From an uncultured Lentisphaerales bacterium (GTDB taxonomy: Bacteria; Verrucomicrobiota; Lentisphaeria; JABSQK01; UBA12247), in NCBI GenBank assembly GCA_943788985.1, contig CALSSJ010000020.1:24613-88612 (forward strand): a stretch of 64,000 nt of DNA, read 5' to 3'. Numbering within the stretch: position 1 is the stretch's first letter; every line of letters starts with the position of its first letter. Of this stretch, positions 62,953 through 64,000 are shown one piece after another. The notes beneath the pieces were generated by a model. It was not told where the DNA came from. It did no database searches and saw only the letters and a program-made list of their open reading frames with translations. Made by a program: the position numbers and the translations under genes.

Positions 62953-64000
62953 TCAGCGCAGTGGGAGTGAGTAGATGATGGACCGGTTCCCTACAGAATC
63001 GGTCGCGCGATATTTCAGCAGAGTCCGCTTCAGTAGCGCTTTCTCAATCGGGCCGTCGTACGGGCGAAAGTCGCGATCATTCAGCTGGTATTCGATCCCG
63101 GCCACGCCGCTATCGTCGGTCGCGGAGATCGCAATGCTCACGCGGGTCTCGCCGAACTTGCTGGTACGCTCAGTCACTTCTGCTCCGACTGCTGGCGCCA
63201 CGTGATCTACCTGGACCTGAATTGCGGTCTCCGGCCCCACCTGGCCCTGAGCGCCGATGCCCCGGGCACGTACGGCGTGTGCTCCAGCATGTCCGATACA
63301 CAGCGTGTCCACATACTCGAACGGGCCGCCATCTAGGCTGATTTCGACACCGATCACGCTGGTGTCCGCAGCTTGTGGCCCCACCGCAATCGTGTGGCGT
63401 TCACCGACGAGGTAGGCCTGGCTTTCGTTTGCCAAGATTGCAGCCTCATCGTGCCCCGTTACGACAAAAGCAACCACAAGATCGGGCTGCACACGAATGG
63501 TCCCGGTGGACGGGTAGCTGCTCAGGCCATGGGTGTCAAATGCGGTCAAACGCCAATTCACTGTCTGGTGGTTCTCGATCGCGCCAACTGTGCTTTCCGT
63601 CCCCACCGTCATGACGTTCTGCAGGTAGGTCCGAAAGGCCGGCCCCCGGGCGACTTCGACTTGGTAGTGTGTCGCGCGCTTATTGGCCCCCCAGGCCAGC
63701 GACAGCCAGTGCCGCGCCGTGGTCTCGCCAGGACTGTTCAGCGCAGGCGCGTTCATCAGCGGAATCGGGCCAAGACGATGCGCGTGGCTAGAGAATCTTC
63801 CCCGGTGACCGAACACGACGCCTTCGCCAGCAGCGACCACGATCCCATCTTTCAGAGTGACTGAGCCCTGCCAGACAGACAGCCAGGTCATCTTTCGCAG
63901 GGGATCAGTGCGCAGCTGGATATGAGCAGGTAGGTGGACCTTACCAATCATTTGGTCGGTCTCGATCGTCACCGCGGACGCCACGTTTTCTTGCCGGGAG
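62953..64000 (-). CDS. Partial gene (5' end outside window): FecR-like + FnIII + OmpL47-like Ig domains
   Basis: LSVWQGSV..VAAGEG (FecR-like), YQVEVARGPAF (FnIII), ATDDSGVAGIEY..Y.GPI..YRATDSVGN. Confidence 0.65.
   Translation of the reverse strand, partial: SRQENVASAVTIETDQMIGKVHLPAHIQLRTDPLRKMTWLSVWQGSVTLKDGIVVAAGEGVVFGHRGRFSSHAHRLGPIPLMNAPALNSPGETTARHWLSLAWGANKRATHYQVEVARGPAFRTYLQNVMTVGTESTVGAIENHQTVNWRLTAFDTHGLSSYPSTGTIRVQPDLVVAFVVTGHDEAAILANESQAYLVGERHTIAVGPQAADTSVIGVEISLDGGPFEYVDTLCIGHAGAHAVRARGIGAQGQVGPETAIQVQVDHVAPAVGAEVTERTSKFGETRVSIAISATDDSGVAGIEYQLNDRDFRPYDGPIEKALLKRTLLKYRATDSVGNRSIIYSLPLR

Overview
GC-rich bacterial chromosomal segment, most consistent with a PVC-superphylum organism (Lentisphaerota/Kiritimatiellota/Verrucomicrobiota-like). 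This is inferred from a PSD1/DUF1549-DUF1553 cytochrome protein, DUF1501 genes, a long-form GreA, an L28 with the GLAKKxGGIG insert, rpsP-trmD-rplS-rnhB without rimM, and sulfatases. Housekeeping genes: rpsP, a KH protein, trmD, rplS, rnhB, psd, comM, greA, rpmB, tRNA-Lys(UUU), moxR, tpx, argG, argH, recR and an M42 peptidase. Envelope-modification genes: two TMTC-like TPR glycosyltransferases, GT39, an epimerase-GT2 fusion, and an MBOAT+SGNH pair. Three decayed accessory patches lie at 11.1-12.1 kb, 21.7-24.6 kb and 37.4-46.2 kb. Most striking observations: (1) a 1164-bp in-frame, circularly permuted discoidin/LamG module inserted inside a discoidin domain of a 1527-aa cytochrome-c/LRR/NHL protein, as expected from integration of a circular domain cassette; (2) a comM-Fic-repeat-truncated comM-repeat arrangement with phased decamer repeats; (3) a phage large-protein fragment carrying a candidate overprinted ORF; (4) several apparent pseudo-enzymes; (5) a heptamer-built palindrome after rnhB. 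Many frameshifts fall in G/C homopolymers and may be assembly errors. All family calls come from motif recognition by eye; no database searches were run.
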